Origin: Adineta vaga
Taxonomy: Eukaryota; Animalia; Rotifera
Assembly: GCA_021613535.1 (NCBI GenBank)
Contig: CP075494.1
Location: 15,500,001 to 15,564,000, forward strand
Length of the DNA: 64,000 nucleotides
Reading direction: 5' to 3'
A program made the position numbers and the translations under genes. Within the stretch, counting starts at the first letter, position 1. Every line of letters starts with the position of its first letter. Below are positions 1-13,115 of the stretch, piece after piece. A model generated the notes under the pieces. The model was not told the origin of the DNA and did no database searches. It saw only the letters and a list, made by a program, of their open reading frames with translations.

Positions 1-1377
1 TTCGTATAACTGATGGGCGAGCTAAACCTATTGATCTTCTTGCTCATTATATCAATGAAGATGATGATGATTTAGCTGTTGAAATGCATGAACCATCAAC
101 ATATTTAAATGGTCTTACAATTCGTGATCTTGAAGATTTATTAGCTGATATTCGTGTCTATACTGAATTAGAACAACAACAAAAAGCAAGTGGAAAATCC
201 AATAATTATGATGCACAATATTGGCACGATGTAACAACAATTACTGAAGATGAATTAGCAAAATTAAGAAAATTATCTTCCAAATTATATAATGATCAAC
301 GAGTTGATGATCGACGAGAAGGTATTCATGAATCAGTTTCACAAGATGTAACCGAAACATTTAAAAATAAAACACCACTACAATTAGAACAATTGGAACA
401 AAGAATTAAGTATGTATTTTATATCTATTATATCGTAATAATTCTATTGATTGTTTAGATCAAAAATTGAAAATGAAAAAGGTATTGATATTGGTTTTTG
501 GGAATCTCTCTTATCTCAATTACAAACACATATGGCTCGTGCTCGCCTACATGATCGTCATCAATTGACATTAAAACGAAAATTACAAAAAATCAAACAA
601 GAACAAGGAATATTTCATGCACCTATTTCAACTTCATCAACGTCAACAATACCAAAGAAGAAAAAAGATACGGAAATTCATTCCATGGAATCTTACAATG
701 ATAATGAATATCAATTCTCTGAAGATTTAGAAAATAAATGTCTTCGTGATTATGAACAAGGTCGTTATTCACCAATATTAATCAATATCAATGATTTGGA
801 TTTGGAAGTTCAAAAACGTTGTACAGATGAAACAGATGATTGGGAAAAATTACGACAACAACGAGAATCAGTAATGAAATCTGGTTCAGTTAAACCAGAT
901 GTTGAAGATGCATTTGAAGCATATGCAAGAACTATGGGTAGTTTGACAGCTGATGATACAGATATTAATACTGGTGTACCTATGGATGTTCAATATTTAT
1001 GGTCGGATAAATATCGACCACGTAAACCTCGTGTTTTCAATAAAGTTCATACAGGTTATGATTGGAATCAATATAATAAGAAACATTATGATACAGACAA
1101 TCCACCACCAAAAACAGTTCAAGGATATAAATTTAATATTTTCTATCCTGATTTGATTGATAAAACAAAAACACCGTCTTATAGTATTACTGTCTGTGAA
1201 GATAATCGAGATTTTTCAATCTTAAAATTCCATGCTGGTCCACCATATGAAGATATTGCATTCAAGGTTGTGAGTAAAGAATGGGATTTTTCATACAAAC
1301 ATGGATTTCGTTGTCATTTTCAAAATGGTATATTTCAATTATGGTTCCATTTCCGTAAATGGAAATATCGTCGATGA
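1..1377 (+). CDS. CACTIN: Cactin (spliceosome C-complex protein), 5'-truncated by window edge; intron 410..458
   Basis: Cactin mid domain (MHEPSTYLNGLTIRDLEDLLADIRVY) and C-terminal domain (DKYRPRKPRVFNKVHTGYDWNQYNKKHYD...PPPKTVQGYKFNIFYPDLID...LWFHFRKWKYRR). A 49-nt GT-AG intron joins the two ORFs in frame. Confidence 0.95.
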
Positions 1378-2073
1378 ACATTACATTTTCTCGTTTTTTT
1401 GTCTTTGTCTGTTTGTTCGTTTTTTTCCTGTGAAATATAATATATTCTTGTGAGACTGAAACATTCAGTTTGTCTCGATTCAAAAATCATGTTAATATTT
1501 GGAATCGTGGCATGTTTTGTCATGTTCTTTGTGTCATTCTACCAATTAAGAACTTTTATGTCAATATAGTTTCTCACTAGTTTAATTGAAATTAAACACT
1601 AATTCGCTCATAGAAAAACTATCTTCTAAATATATAAAGAAGAAAATTTGTTTGTTGGTCTGTCTGTCTACATCCAAGATGGGTAACTGCAATGCTTGGG
1701 TTGGGTTCTCAAAAAAGACCTGTTGCATGATGCAAAAAGCAATATAGGAGGGACCTCAGGATTTTTTGATACACGACGGGTAAATACCGACGGAGACGTC
1801 CGTTGGGTGATGAGAAAAGCACTGTTGTAGATGGAAAACGTAAATTGTGTCCTCTTTGCAGCGGGTATCTCCGCTAGTATATATATATATATAAACGCTA
1901 GGAATGTGGGTGTGAGTATCCATGTAAAGAAAGAACCTCAAAACTCTGATTTTATTTGGTTTTAACGAAACCACATATATAAAACATCATACTAGAGTTT
2001 TCGAGCAACGTTGTATTTCAAGTATGTAGTACAAGACAAACTTCACAACAATATCTAATTTCAACATAAATAA

Positions 2074-2760
2074 ATGTCTACATTCAATGGTTTCACCAAC
2101 AATTCTTACTGCAAAAAGTCAGATGTGTCCGCTGGATCATTTCGATCATTCGTTGGTTATTCAAAAAGCGTTTGTCAGTCACTCCTCATTTCAATATTCG
2201 AATCACCGATTGATATTGATGAATTATTTAATAAACAAACGTCGATAAATGTTGTAAAAGAATTTATTGATCATGATGATTATCAAGCGTTATATATATC
2301 AAGGAGAAAATTCGATACAAAACCAGCGGAAGTTGATTTAATTAACGAAACATTGGATGATCAAAATACAAAAACTTTATCTATTGATGATTTTGACATT
2401 TCAATTAAAGTGGAATCTGTCAATTTGAAAAAATGATCTTTGGCAATTGTTAAGTGAAATTGCTTTTTGGAAAATGATTATTCATTTAATGATCAAATGC
2501 TAATTATTACTTTCATGGATTCAAATCCAGTTGAAACTTCATATAAATAAATCTCATGTATTTTAAAACCCATATGTAAGATCATGTACCTATCAAATCG
2601 ATCTCAGGTATTTGTAAGTGTTACATTGTAATGAAAGAAAAGATTTCGTTATATATGGTGTGATTATTATAGGAAACATAACAATATGGTTCTATCGCTT
2701 GAAAAAATCTTTAAGCTCTTGAATCCAATCTCCTGATGATGAAGAATATCGATACTGAGG
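2074..2760 (+). pseudogene. Decayed cytoplasmic dynein heavy chain N-terminal-like segment
   Basis: Reading through stops after ORF 2074..2436 gives KK*SLAIVK*NCFLENDYSFNDQMLIITFMDSNPVETSYK*ISCILKP and later NNMVLSLEK/NL*ALESNLLMMKNID. These resemble DYNC1H1 [40 protein letters not shown] and [26 protein letters not shown]. Confidence 0.6.
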
Positions 2761-2783
2761 TTATTGAAACCTAGTGTGAAGCT

Positions 2784-3631
2784 ATGACGATAGTATGTAT
2801 TCTTTTTCGAGGTATTATCGAAGTAATCTATTCTCCGAATGTGAAAAGGAAAATCATACAGAAGATACAAACAAATAAATCGGGGGTGGTGCGGATTTAT
2901 CTATACCTCGCTAACGCAACGAATGAACATTGTTAGAATCAACGGAGGAAAAGAAATAAAATATGATAGGCTTTATTTTTTTAGATTTCAATGACAATAT
3001 GGTGGTATTAGAGCTGATGTTCACAAACGTTCTCGATCATCGTAGTCAAGCACACGTGTTTAATGCTCTACTTGCTTATGGTGGTATGTAATTAACATTT
3101 TCTATATAATATCGTAACCAGGTCGACCAATCCGATTCCTGGTGACGGAACCACTTCGGATTCTGTCGGTTGCAGATCCCATCGGATCCAACATAGGATC
3201 TTATAGTTTCCAAAAAACGGACTTCGAGGGATCGGATAGGTGGCCATAAGACCGTAATAAAATATAGCTAAAAAGAACGCTCATAAAATTTGCAGCTTCC
3301 AACGGAAATTTTACTGACGGAATCCAATACGGATCCGTCGCCAGGAATCGGATAGGGTTCTATCAGATCCAATATCGAATTTGTCGATCTGAGTATTGTT
3401 TTTACAGATATTTTAGCTGCAGCGGCTCGTCAAAGGTGTGAAAACGGTAATATTCGACAAATTTCAAATCCGGCAAATGTATTTGCGCCATATGAAACAT
3501 TTGGCGTATCGTTCGAATGTCAAATAGCACTCTTTGTATGCCAAGGCTATCTTCGACGTTCGTACAACAACTACGGACATATTATGACTTTAAATAAGCC
3601 AAATTGCATAGCCCAAGATATTGTTGTGTAA
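2784..3631 (+). CDS. Putative 3-exon hypothetical protein (~156 aa); exons 2784..2931, 2985..3083, 3408..3631
   Basis: Three exons splice at GT-AG sites into one open frame (MTIVCILFRG...EHYFNDNMVV...LLAYGDILAAAARQRC...QDIVV*). May instead be the 3' part of the upstream pseudogene. Confidence 0.45.
3117..3393. mobile_element. MITE with (C)CCAGGTCGA-type termini flanked by TA, inside an intron
   Basis: Left end TA-accaggtcgac, right end gtcgatctgag-TA. Sub-terminal inverted repeat tccgattcctggtgacgga / tccgtcgccaggaatcgga. Removing it shrinks intron 3084..3407 to a typical ~45 nt. Confidence 0.75.
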
Positions 3632-4535
3632 TTTTTTTCTCTTCTTTAATAAGAAGATAAAGGATATATCTATTGTTCACATTTCATTTCAAGAACATCA
3701 AGGATTTAAGAAAGATTCGTTGATGTCTAAGTCATATTCTTGCAGAAAAGTTTATAAGAATGTTCGAATAATAAGCAATGTGGTTTTTGTTGCTGATATG
3801 ATTCATGTCTCAACACCCACACCCACCCTTCCGTTCTGTTTCTCTGGTTGAGCATTTAAGAGAAATAAAGAAAAAATGCAAGAGCAAGAGAAGTGTAAAA
3901 CATACATTTATTAAAATTGAAGAGATCATTTCACAAAAAAATCGATGTAATAAGCGTTAGAATCTTGAATCAATTTATTATTTTTCAATTGTTTTCTCGA
4001 CAATGTTAGTTAATATTTAGTCTTCGTACATTAATATTCATTTTGGACATGAAATTTGTTTAATCATCTGTCTAAATATAAATAGATTTCGATTTCCTTA
4101 TATGATTTAATACTCTTTTTTATGTATATTACCTTGTTGTAAAATTTCAAATCATTTTCGTTCAAGCTATCATAAAAGTTAGAACTCCAGTGTTCTTAAA
4201 TTTTCTGAGCGACATCTACACGTGAAGTAAGCTCATATTTGATAATTTTCTTTCAACCGATAAATTTTTTTTTGTGATCTTATATAAACTGAAATTTAAT
4301 ACAACAAGTGAATTTTTCTAAATATTTTCTTCCGATTGATCGTTAGATACAGACCAATTAACAATTATGTGATTATGATTTTGAAGGACAAAGAGCAAAT
4401 TCTGACGTGACGTCTGAGACTGATGAAACTCAAGCAAATATGAATTTCGATTATGTTTTCATTTTTATAAATGAAAATATCATCGATAAAAATTATTTTA
4501 ATCATATATTTTATTTCAGATAGAAAGAAAAAGAA

Positions 4536-4931
4536 ATGGTTTGTGTGCCGTGTATTTTCGTTGGTTTAGCTATTGTGATTTGGTGTAAATTTCTTGAACC
4601 ATATATTCGACCAATTTATGAACGACTTTGTCAATATTATCCACCATTGAGAGCAGTTGGTAATCAGCTTGGAGTGTGGGTAGGAAAAGTCGAAAAATTT
4701 GGAGAAAAGATTGGTATTCGTATGCCCGAATCATGTCCAATGCCAAAGAAAAAGACAGATGCATCAAAAGTAAGTTCGAAATGAAATGATTTCAATATAT
4801 GAATTGTTATCTTGTAGTGTCCAGTTGCTGGTAATAACAAATTATATCCTGATTTAAAGACAGTAACAAAGGAAGATACGGATGTTCATCATCGAGCAAC
4901 AGCAGCAGCATCAGCACCTCAAAGCGAATAG
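4536..4931 (+). CDS. C18orf32: UPF0729 / C18orf32-like small protein; intron 4770..4817
   Basis: N-terminal MVCVPCIFVGLAIVIWCKFLEPYIRP matches the family MVCIPCIVIP..WIYKKFLEPYI. Second exon is open to TAG at 4929-4931. Confidence 0.8.
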
Positions 4932-5549
4932 AAAGGAACAACAATCGAAGAAATGATTGGACTTTTGAAATGTCTTTTTTTCTCCTTGCTATTTATTGTT
5001 TAATTCTGTCTCATTTTTCATGTTTATTTATTTCTTAATCGTGCATTCTATTCAATGTTGTTCAGTCTCTCAATTAGTAAAAGATTTTCAAATAGAATTT
5101 TTAATATTTCTTACGTTTAAAAATGTTTAACTGATGATGCAGAACTGTGGTTGTCATCATTCATTTTTGACAGCAAAGTCAGACAACGATATCAATGAAA
5201 TTATTCCTGCTATTGAAATTTATTGTTTTCGTTATTAAAATTGATTAGGAACATTCGCGACATCTATTGAAAATACTTTTAATTATGAAAATTTAAATGA
5301 TATGAATCATGAAAATTTTCAAACAATATATACAATCAGATAAGAGAAGAAAATTGATAAATAGTTGTAAAAAGGATTATCGAATGAATTCGTATTGGTT
5401 TGTTCAAAGTAACGAATAACGTTAGAGGTCTTCATGATCTGATCTGATGTCATGTCTGATCTGATCTATATATATAATTCGTGTGATCACTGTATTGTAT
5501 AGATTCTGGTCAAAGTAAAATCATAAATCTTTTTATTAAACAGATAATC

Positions 5550-7418
5550 ATGGAACCAGAATTTGAACGTCGTCTCATTCGATCAATGTCAGGTTGTTCA
5601 TCCCTATCCTCATCGCCGTTTTCATCACCAGTTTCAACACCATCACCTATCAAATACAGTGATCGTTTTATTCCACTTCGAAGTTTAGCACAACCATCTG
5701 CATTTTTTATTGATCAAGAACAAACTCATCGAGGACCAATGACTGATAAAAAATCTTTTCGTGATTTATCTTCTTCCTCAATGACGACAACGACGACGAC
5801 CACAACAGCAGCATCTACAACAGTAAATACAAGTGGAAATTTTTCAAATAATGTTACTACAATAGCAGCCGATCGAACAAAAGATATTTTAACTTATCAA
5901 GCTTTACTACAAAATGAAATCTTTGGGACACAAATTGATAATTTATATGATGACCATCATATTAATAATTCTTATGCCAATATTAATAATACTCATCTTC
6001 ATTCAACAACATCTACAAATCCAAATCTCAACAATGACCTGATAAACAATGGTATAATCAATACACAACTTGGGACAACAGCAACAACAACTGCAACATC
6101 AGGAAATGGACAAATTCATACGACTTCAATCTCCGGACTAAACGTAATTCTAATTTTCACATTATCTATTAAATTACACTCTATTTTAGGGTATTCTTTC
6201 TCAATCATCCCAACAACGTTTACCATATACAAATACAAATGGGAATTTATTACGTACACGTGATCCAAATACCATATTTCGTTATTCAGTTCGTCGAAAT
6301 GCAGATGATCTTCATTATTCACCTTATTCACTTTCACAATTATCACCTGCATCAATTCGTCTTTTACGTTCACCTCGTAAACAATTACGAAAGATACCGA
6401 AAACTCCATTCAAAGTTCTCGATGCTCCTGAACTTCAAGATGATTTTTATTTAAATTTAGTTGATTGGTCATCAACAAATATTCTCGCTGTTGGTCTTAA
6501 CGCATCCGTTTATTTATGGAATGCGAATACAAGTAATGTAACACGTTTATGTGATTTACAAACAGAATCAGATACAGTAACAAGTGTGGCATGGAGTGAT
6601 CGAGGACAATATGTTGCTGTTGGAACACATAAAGGTATTGTTCAAATATGGGATGCAACAACAAATCGGAAGACAGCATCATTTCCACGTCATACGGCGC
6701 GTGTTGGTGCATTAGCTTGGAATGATCAATGTATTTATTCTGGTTCACGTGATCGATTTATCTTACAGAATGATACACGTTCAAATAAACAAGAAAGAAA
6801 ATTAGCTGGACATCGACAAGAAGTATGTGGATTGAAATGGTCACCTGATCGACAATTATTAGCAAGTGGTGGAAATGATAATCGATTACTTGTATGGAAT
6901 CAATCGTGTATTAATCCAATACAAATTTATACAGATCATACAGCTGCTGTGAAAGCAATTGCTTGGAGTCCACATCAACAAGGTCTATTAGCAAGTGGTG
7001 GTGGAACAGCTGATCGATATATTCGATTTTGGAATACATTAACTGCTCAAAGTTTACAATGTATTGATACAGGATCTCAAGTAAGGATTATTTGTCGATC
7101 ATTTCGTTTTCTTATCTTTTCTTTTCTTTTTCTATTCAGGTATGTAATTTAGCTTGGTCAAAACATTCCAATGAACTTGTTTCAACACATGGTTATTCTC
7201 AAAATCAAATTGTTGTTTGGAAATATCCATCAATGTTACAGTTAGCTCGTTTAACAGGACATACATTTCGTGTTTTATATTTGGCTGTTTCACCAGATGG
7301 TGAATCAATTGTAACAGGTGCTGGAGATGAAACATTAAGATTTTGGAATGTATTTACAAAATGTCGTGCAAATAAGGAATCTGACAGTGTACTCAATTTA
7401 TTCAACAAAATTCGATAA
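5550..7418 (+). CDS. FZR1: Fizzy-related / Cdh1 APC/C activator; introns 6144..6189 and 7081..7139
   Basis: C-box [28 protein letters not shown]40 repeats ([33 protein letters not shown]), C-terminal IR tail (NKIR). Confidence 0.96.
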
Positions 7419-9986
7419 AAATATTGACAATTATTTCTATTCTTTTCTGTGTACCATATCTATGTATGTCAGTGATATCTGTTTCATAACAGTTTTATGT
7501 TTTCATTATAATTTGTTTATAATTAGTTCCTTTTTTCCTCCTTTTGTTTATATTCTCTGTTAGCATTTTTTCATTTATAGTTTCACTTTGTCCTATGAAG
7601 TTGATAAAATCTGTTTTTGTTCATGCTTTTTTCCTCTAAGTTTGAATGATTTAAAAAAAAACAATGAAAAGAGAAAGATGCTACGAAATCATGCCAAACT
7701 AGTTGAATGAATGCAAACATTTAAGAACAGAAAGGGAGAATCTTTTGAAAGCACAGTACAGTTGGACATATAGCTATTTGGTTCATAAAAATTTATTTCA
7801 AATAAAAAAGACTTCGATTAAAATCTAGTCTGAACAGTGTTTTGATTAGCTATTGTATCTGAAGAAGAGTTATGCGTACCATTAAAGACAAATCGAAGAT
7901 GATCATAGAAATGATGAAATAAAGAAGAACATGCATATAGAAAAGCTTTTAGTGCATATAAAAAAATGTCATAATTGTGCGCCAACGAAGATAAAGTATT
8001 AAGATGCAAAGAACACCAACGAATATAGCTTGTTTCCAATGGCGACTTTCACTAAGAGCATTTGTTATTAGACCCACACCCACCAAAGTGATGAGCAACG
8101 TCGCAAATGCTTTCTTCCATTTATGTTCTGAAAAAGATAAAAAAAGATGTCTATTTAAAATATGAACTGGAATATAAATATTATTTTAAGGAAGCACATA
8201 TAAACTTGTAATACTAACCCAGACTATTTCAGTTTTTTTTCGGAATTGTTACCAAACCGTGAGAAGAAATTCAGCAATAGCGAATAATTGAGGTCTAGCT
8301 TAAAAGTGAAACATTTAATAGGAATATGTGAGCAGATTAGCAAACATCGCTTAGAGTTGTTCATCAATAAGTACTGTCTAATTATTCTGTGCTTTTTTAC
8401 AACTTACATCATGGTCACGTTAGTTTTCATTGTTTTAACTTAATCTGTTGTATTTAAAGAAAACCTCACGAAGTTTCTGTTTAGTTAGTATATTTTGGAG
8501 AGCATCATCTACTCTATCGAACTACATATTTTTCTTATATTATTTACTTTAAATCTTATTAAAAATTTGAGATATATAGAAAATCAATGTTAATCAATTT
8601 TCATGAAGTTTCTTACGGGAATCCTCATGAGGAATATTTTATAAGGCATATTGAAGCTTTTCATTTTTATACAGAATAACAGTTCATACTTTTCTCTACC
8701 GAACTGGGTAGATTTTATCGGACTTTAAGCATCAGTTTTACTATAAACTTGAACAAGTTCTCAAAGATTTAGGCCTCTAACCTTTTCTTATATGTATTTT
8801 TTCTTCTTTTCTTCTTTTCTTCAGACAAATTTTAGTTATTTAGGAATCTAGACCTTTTCCTATTAAAAGATTATGCATGTCTAAATGAAACATTGACATC
8901 TTGACTGATTTGTATCCTTATGATTAGTTTACGATTGATGTCTCGAATGAAATTTTATGAAAAATTTTATAAACTCAGTTATTCATGAGTGCAAATATGG
9001 ATCAGATTTTATCAATAAAATTTTTTATCTCCACCATATCGACTCAATTGTGTCTAATACTTTCTGCACAACGAACTATGATGTATTTTTCTCATCTAAA
9101 GTAATTTTTATCAAAGATGGTTTTCTTCGAACTGAAAGATGAGCCTGCAAACGTTTGATCTCAGAGCTTCTATTAATCCATCTGGATTCTGAGCAAACTA
9201 CTTAACGAATGAAATAAAAACCGCATAGCTGAATGGAATAAATGATGTTCTCTTAACCATATTAAGATGATATAGATTCTGTCTTGTCCATATAAATAGA
9301 GAACTAAACAAAACGGTCATAATTAACGGGCTTATGCTGTACATCAAGTGTGAAACATATTCAGTATACTTCATTTCAGTTATATAGCAACACAACATAA
9401 AAATTAAGTTTAAGCGATTTATCTGTAGTTATTCGATGTTATCCTTAGTTCAATCAAAGATATTTATATATCTTTTCTATTGGATAAGTCCCGTACTATC
9501 GTAATAAGAGATAAGATCAAAACATATGAAAAGTAATTTGCATCAATGAAAAAATTGTAGTCTGAAGTTAGTGTATTTTTCTTCGTCATAAAACTCAATC
9601 GTGTGGTCAAATCATCTATACTTTTCATACTATTTTCCCATTATTCATGAGATTCACGAACAATATTCGATCGTTTTTGAAGTGACTGGATGTTCGTCTC
9701 TTTTCTCCAATGTCGAAAGAATAATGAGCTATCTACAAAGGAAGACATTTGAGAATTTTATTTCATATCTATTCTAAATATCTGACTTATGTAAGAGTCA
9801 TACATATCCATTGTGAACCAAGTCTTCTTTATATCAGCTTCACATTCATCTAGTGTAAGATTATTACCTAAAGAGAACAGTAGATATTAGTCATTTAGAC
9901 TAACCGACTCGCCAATAGTTTCTCTAGCAACTGTAATGCCGTTTTGTGCTTCACTATGTTTACCCAAATGAAATAAAGATTTACTA

Positions 9987-10275
9987 CCAGGGTCGAACGA
10001 TGCGGTCCGCATATGGCCTTAACGATATAAAAACGGATACAATACTGGCCGTAACACTGACCGTATTATCGGGCGCAGCAATACGGTCTGTTCTGTATCC
10101 GTACATAGCCGAAAAGTAGCCGTATCGGAGGAGAATATAGTGCGTTTACGATGCCGTAAATCTGTGCCCGTGATTACGGAACAGAACGGTTCATTTTCGG
10201 CCGTACAGTCACCGTTTTGTCACGGTTTACATTCCGAAAACGCATTGTAAACGACTCCGCTTTCATTGACCTGGG
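9987..10275. mobile_element. MITE-like element with CCCAGGTC-type termini
   Basis: Left TA-ccagggtcgaacga, right ttcattgacctggg. GC-richer interior with recurring ccgta/tacgg motifs. Termini related to the element at 3117. Confidence 0.65.
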
Positions 10276-10698
10276 TGAATAGGAAAATACAAAGGGATCT
10301 GAAATTGTCTAAACTAATGGATTATTTTAGTACGTACGCTTTACAAACATGTCCATAGATATTTGTTTGTTGAACATCAATAGCTCTATTACTATATTCC
10401 AATGAATCTAAAAACATATAAATATTCTAATTTGATAGGAGAACTAGTAATATATTACTTTCATAGTCTTCATACAGAAGATAAATACCAGCACGATCAG
10501 ATAATAAAGATGAAAGTTGACTATCGCGTTTTGCTGATTCATTGCGTATTCAATTAATTGAGAAGATATCGAGAAATAAGAAGCATACGACATTTTTATT
10601 CAAATATACATCACAAAGCAACACTGCTTACCAACAGAGCTTCGCTAAACTTCTGACGAAATAAAGCATCATCTATTTTCAGTTTTAATCGTTCGATA

Positions 10699-10840
10699 TC
10701 AATTTATTCAACAAAATTCGATAAAAATATTGACAATTATTTGTATTTTTTTCTATGTACCATATCTATTTATGTCAGTGATATCTGTTTCAGAACAGTC
10801 TTATGTTTTCATTCTGTGTTTATAGTTCTTTTTCTCTTCC
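10699..10840 (+). repeat. Dispersed copy of the FZR1 3' end and 3'UTR (copy of ~7393..7545)
   Basis: tcaatttattcaacaaaattcgataaaaatattgacaattattt...gtaccatatctat.tatgtcagtgatatctgtttca.aacagt.ttatgttttcatt occurs at both loci with few substitutions. Confidence 0.9.
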
Positions 10841-11215
10841 TTTATAGTATCATTTTGTTCTGTAAAATTAAGAAGAAAGAACAGCGAAAAGAGAAAGCTG
10901 TCAAAATAATCATTTCAAAGTTGTTTTACATTCTTTTTGAAATATGGATAATTGAATGCAATAACGTAAAGAAATGTGGGTGTAGGTGAGAGGTGAGAAT
11001 AACATATTTACACGTCAATTCCACCTACATCCACACTCTTCTTGCCGATCTTTATATAGTTTTTGACAAAAGACAATTAGCTTATGTGAACAATTTTTAA
11101 TATAAATTACAAATATACTTCAATTAAGTGCATGTAGATAGATTGAAATTGTATTCACTCGATTTTGTGCAGTATCTCTCTATATTTTGTTTATCAACAA
11201 CAACATCCAGTCAGG

Positions 11216-13115
11216 TTATCTATAAGTGATCAGATATTCTCCGAATGCTTGACTATCTCGATAAATGACAAATATGTGGGAACCATCTGTAGTTGAATCG
11301 AATCCCGCCGGACTAATTTTCATAGAAGAATCACCTTTCGCTGACTTTCCAACTAATACTCGTGCTAAAAACATTCGTCGTTCGCCTTTAGCATTCGCTG
11401 CCGCATATGTATGGCTATAACTTGCATCTGATGAAAAATAGCATCCTTGACCATAAGAAGTTCCTAATAGCAAAAAGAAAAATCAATTCCTATTGCAGAA
11501 CTTATTCGAAAGATAAAAACTACGCATACCATGAGCACCAGCAAAGCCTCGATTAAAAAACTCTTTCATAATACCATCAGCAGCTTTCTCTGAACATCCA
11601 TGAAATAAGCGTTTTTCTGTATTTTGTTTGAGTCGATCATTGAAATCGTCTCGTTCTGCCAAATACTGTCTATACCAACGCTTATTTCGAATGTTCTCAA
11701 TACGTATGACTTCTTTGCACAGTTTATCAGGCATACTCGATCGAAATGTCTGAAGAACTTGTTTAAATGCGTTGCTAGACGGCTCTAGTATTCGTCGTTC
11801 AAAAGCTGGTCCAATATGTTTTGGTGGAGGTTTTCGAGGTGCTACTGAATGACGTATAGGTGGTCTTGGAGGAGATTTTATCAGCTTTAACTGCTCTTCA
11901 AATTTGTTGAAAACGATAGACTCTCTTGATTGAATTACAAAGTAAACTGAGAGGGGTAAGTTTGGCCGTTGTTCTAGTTCATAAGCAACAGCTCTCATTA
12001 ATGTTTCGGCTACAAAGGTCGCATCGCAACCATTTAGACCACAACCAACACCTGGAAATACGAGTGATCGAATAGTGATTGTCTTTTCATTTACTATTAA
12101 TTTTATAGCTTCAGAAACAATAGTTCGAAACACCCACTTATCAGCACTTTTAGATAATTTTGGTGCCGGAATAAAGAATATCTTTTTGCACGGTAAACGT
12201 CCATTGTTAGTACTAAACGATGTATCTGGTTGAGCTTGTGCTTGTTCTGTATAGAGTTTTTTAATCGTATCTCCTGCTTGTTGAAGAACAGAGTCTCTTA
12301 AACGAACGGCTGTTGAAATGACAACAATGGCATCCATCTATAAACAAAGTGAGATGAGAAGCGAAAGAAAAAGAAAATCGAGAGCTTAAATTTTCTTGAT
12401 TATAGTTCAACAAATTTTTTTTACCTGTTGTTGTGTGATATCACCTGTACATACATGCATCGAGCCACTAAATATTTTAATACCTATACAGTAAGGCAAT
12501 GGAATGGTCAATGATAATATACAGCAATCACATAGTGTTAGAAACTTCGCAAGATTTGGATGATTTTCCCACTTCGCTTTTTACAAAACCTTATTTTGAC
12601 TAATAATCAAATGAAATGCTCTAGTTCATTTTGTATTCTGTGGGTTGTAAACCTTGAGTTTTTCAAAGCCACTTCGAATTAAAATCTGAGAGTAATTCGA
12701 ACATATCTATGTAGATTTACCTGATGTGTCTTCTGTTGATTTTGGCGTTGCGGAAATTATTGCGTTACCTTTACACTAGAAAAATGACAAAACCAATGAT
12801 TAACTTCTAAGCATGAAAAATTGATATATTTGTTCTTTTTGTTGATCATCTATCATTCTCTCTCACAATGGTCGATGTTTTCCTATCAAAATGTATACAA
12901 CCACAATGAAAGTGTATTACTTACTCGGTGATATTGAAGATCTAAAGCTGTTCCAAACTGTTCATGACATCGGTTGCATATATGTGTGGAAGGAACAGTT
13001 TTGTCCACTTCTACTCTGTAATAATACGAAAAACAGTTAGCAAAAGTGCATACATAAGAACGAAATATAGTACAAACTTTTGTTTATCCGCTTTTGAACT
13101 TATCTTATTTCCCAT
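11216..13115 (-). CDS. Macro-domain mono-ADP-ribosyltransferase (PARP14/15-like), ~432 aa, 6 exons (13078..13115, 12925..13015, 12721..12775, 12425..12483, 11530..12337, 11216..11463)
   Basis: Macro motifs GDITQQQMDAIVV and SLVFPGVGCG; PARP catalytic motifs RLFHG, YGQGCYFS, RMFLARVLVG, DSTTDGSHIFVIY..AFGEYLITY. All exon phases are compatible; the 5' exons are less certain. Confidence 0.85.

Noticed and set aside
5780-6100. ACA/ACG trinucleotide runs in FZR1
   Set aside because: Low-complexity Thr/Asn coding sequence in the disordered N-terminus, not a separate repeat element.
7675-7699. ~22-nt match to the SLC13 start region (aagatg[g]ctacgaaatcatgcc.aac, at 18337)
   Set aside because: Similarity does not extend in either direction; treated as chance.
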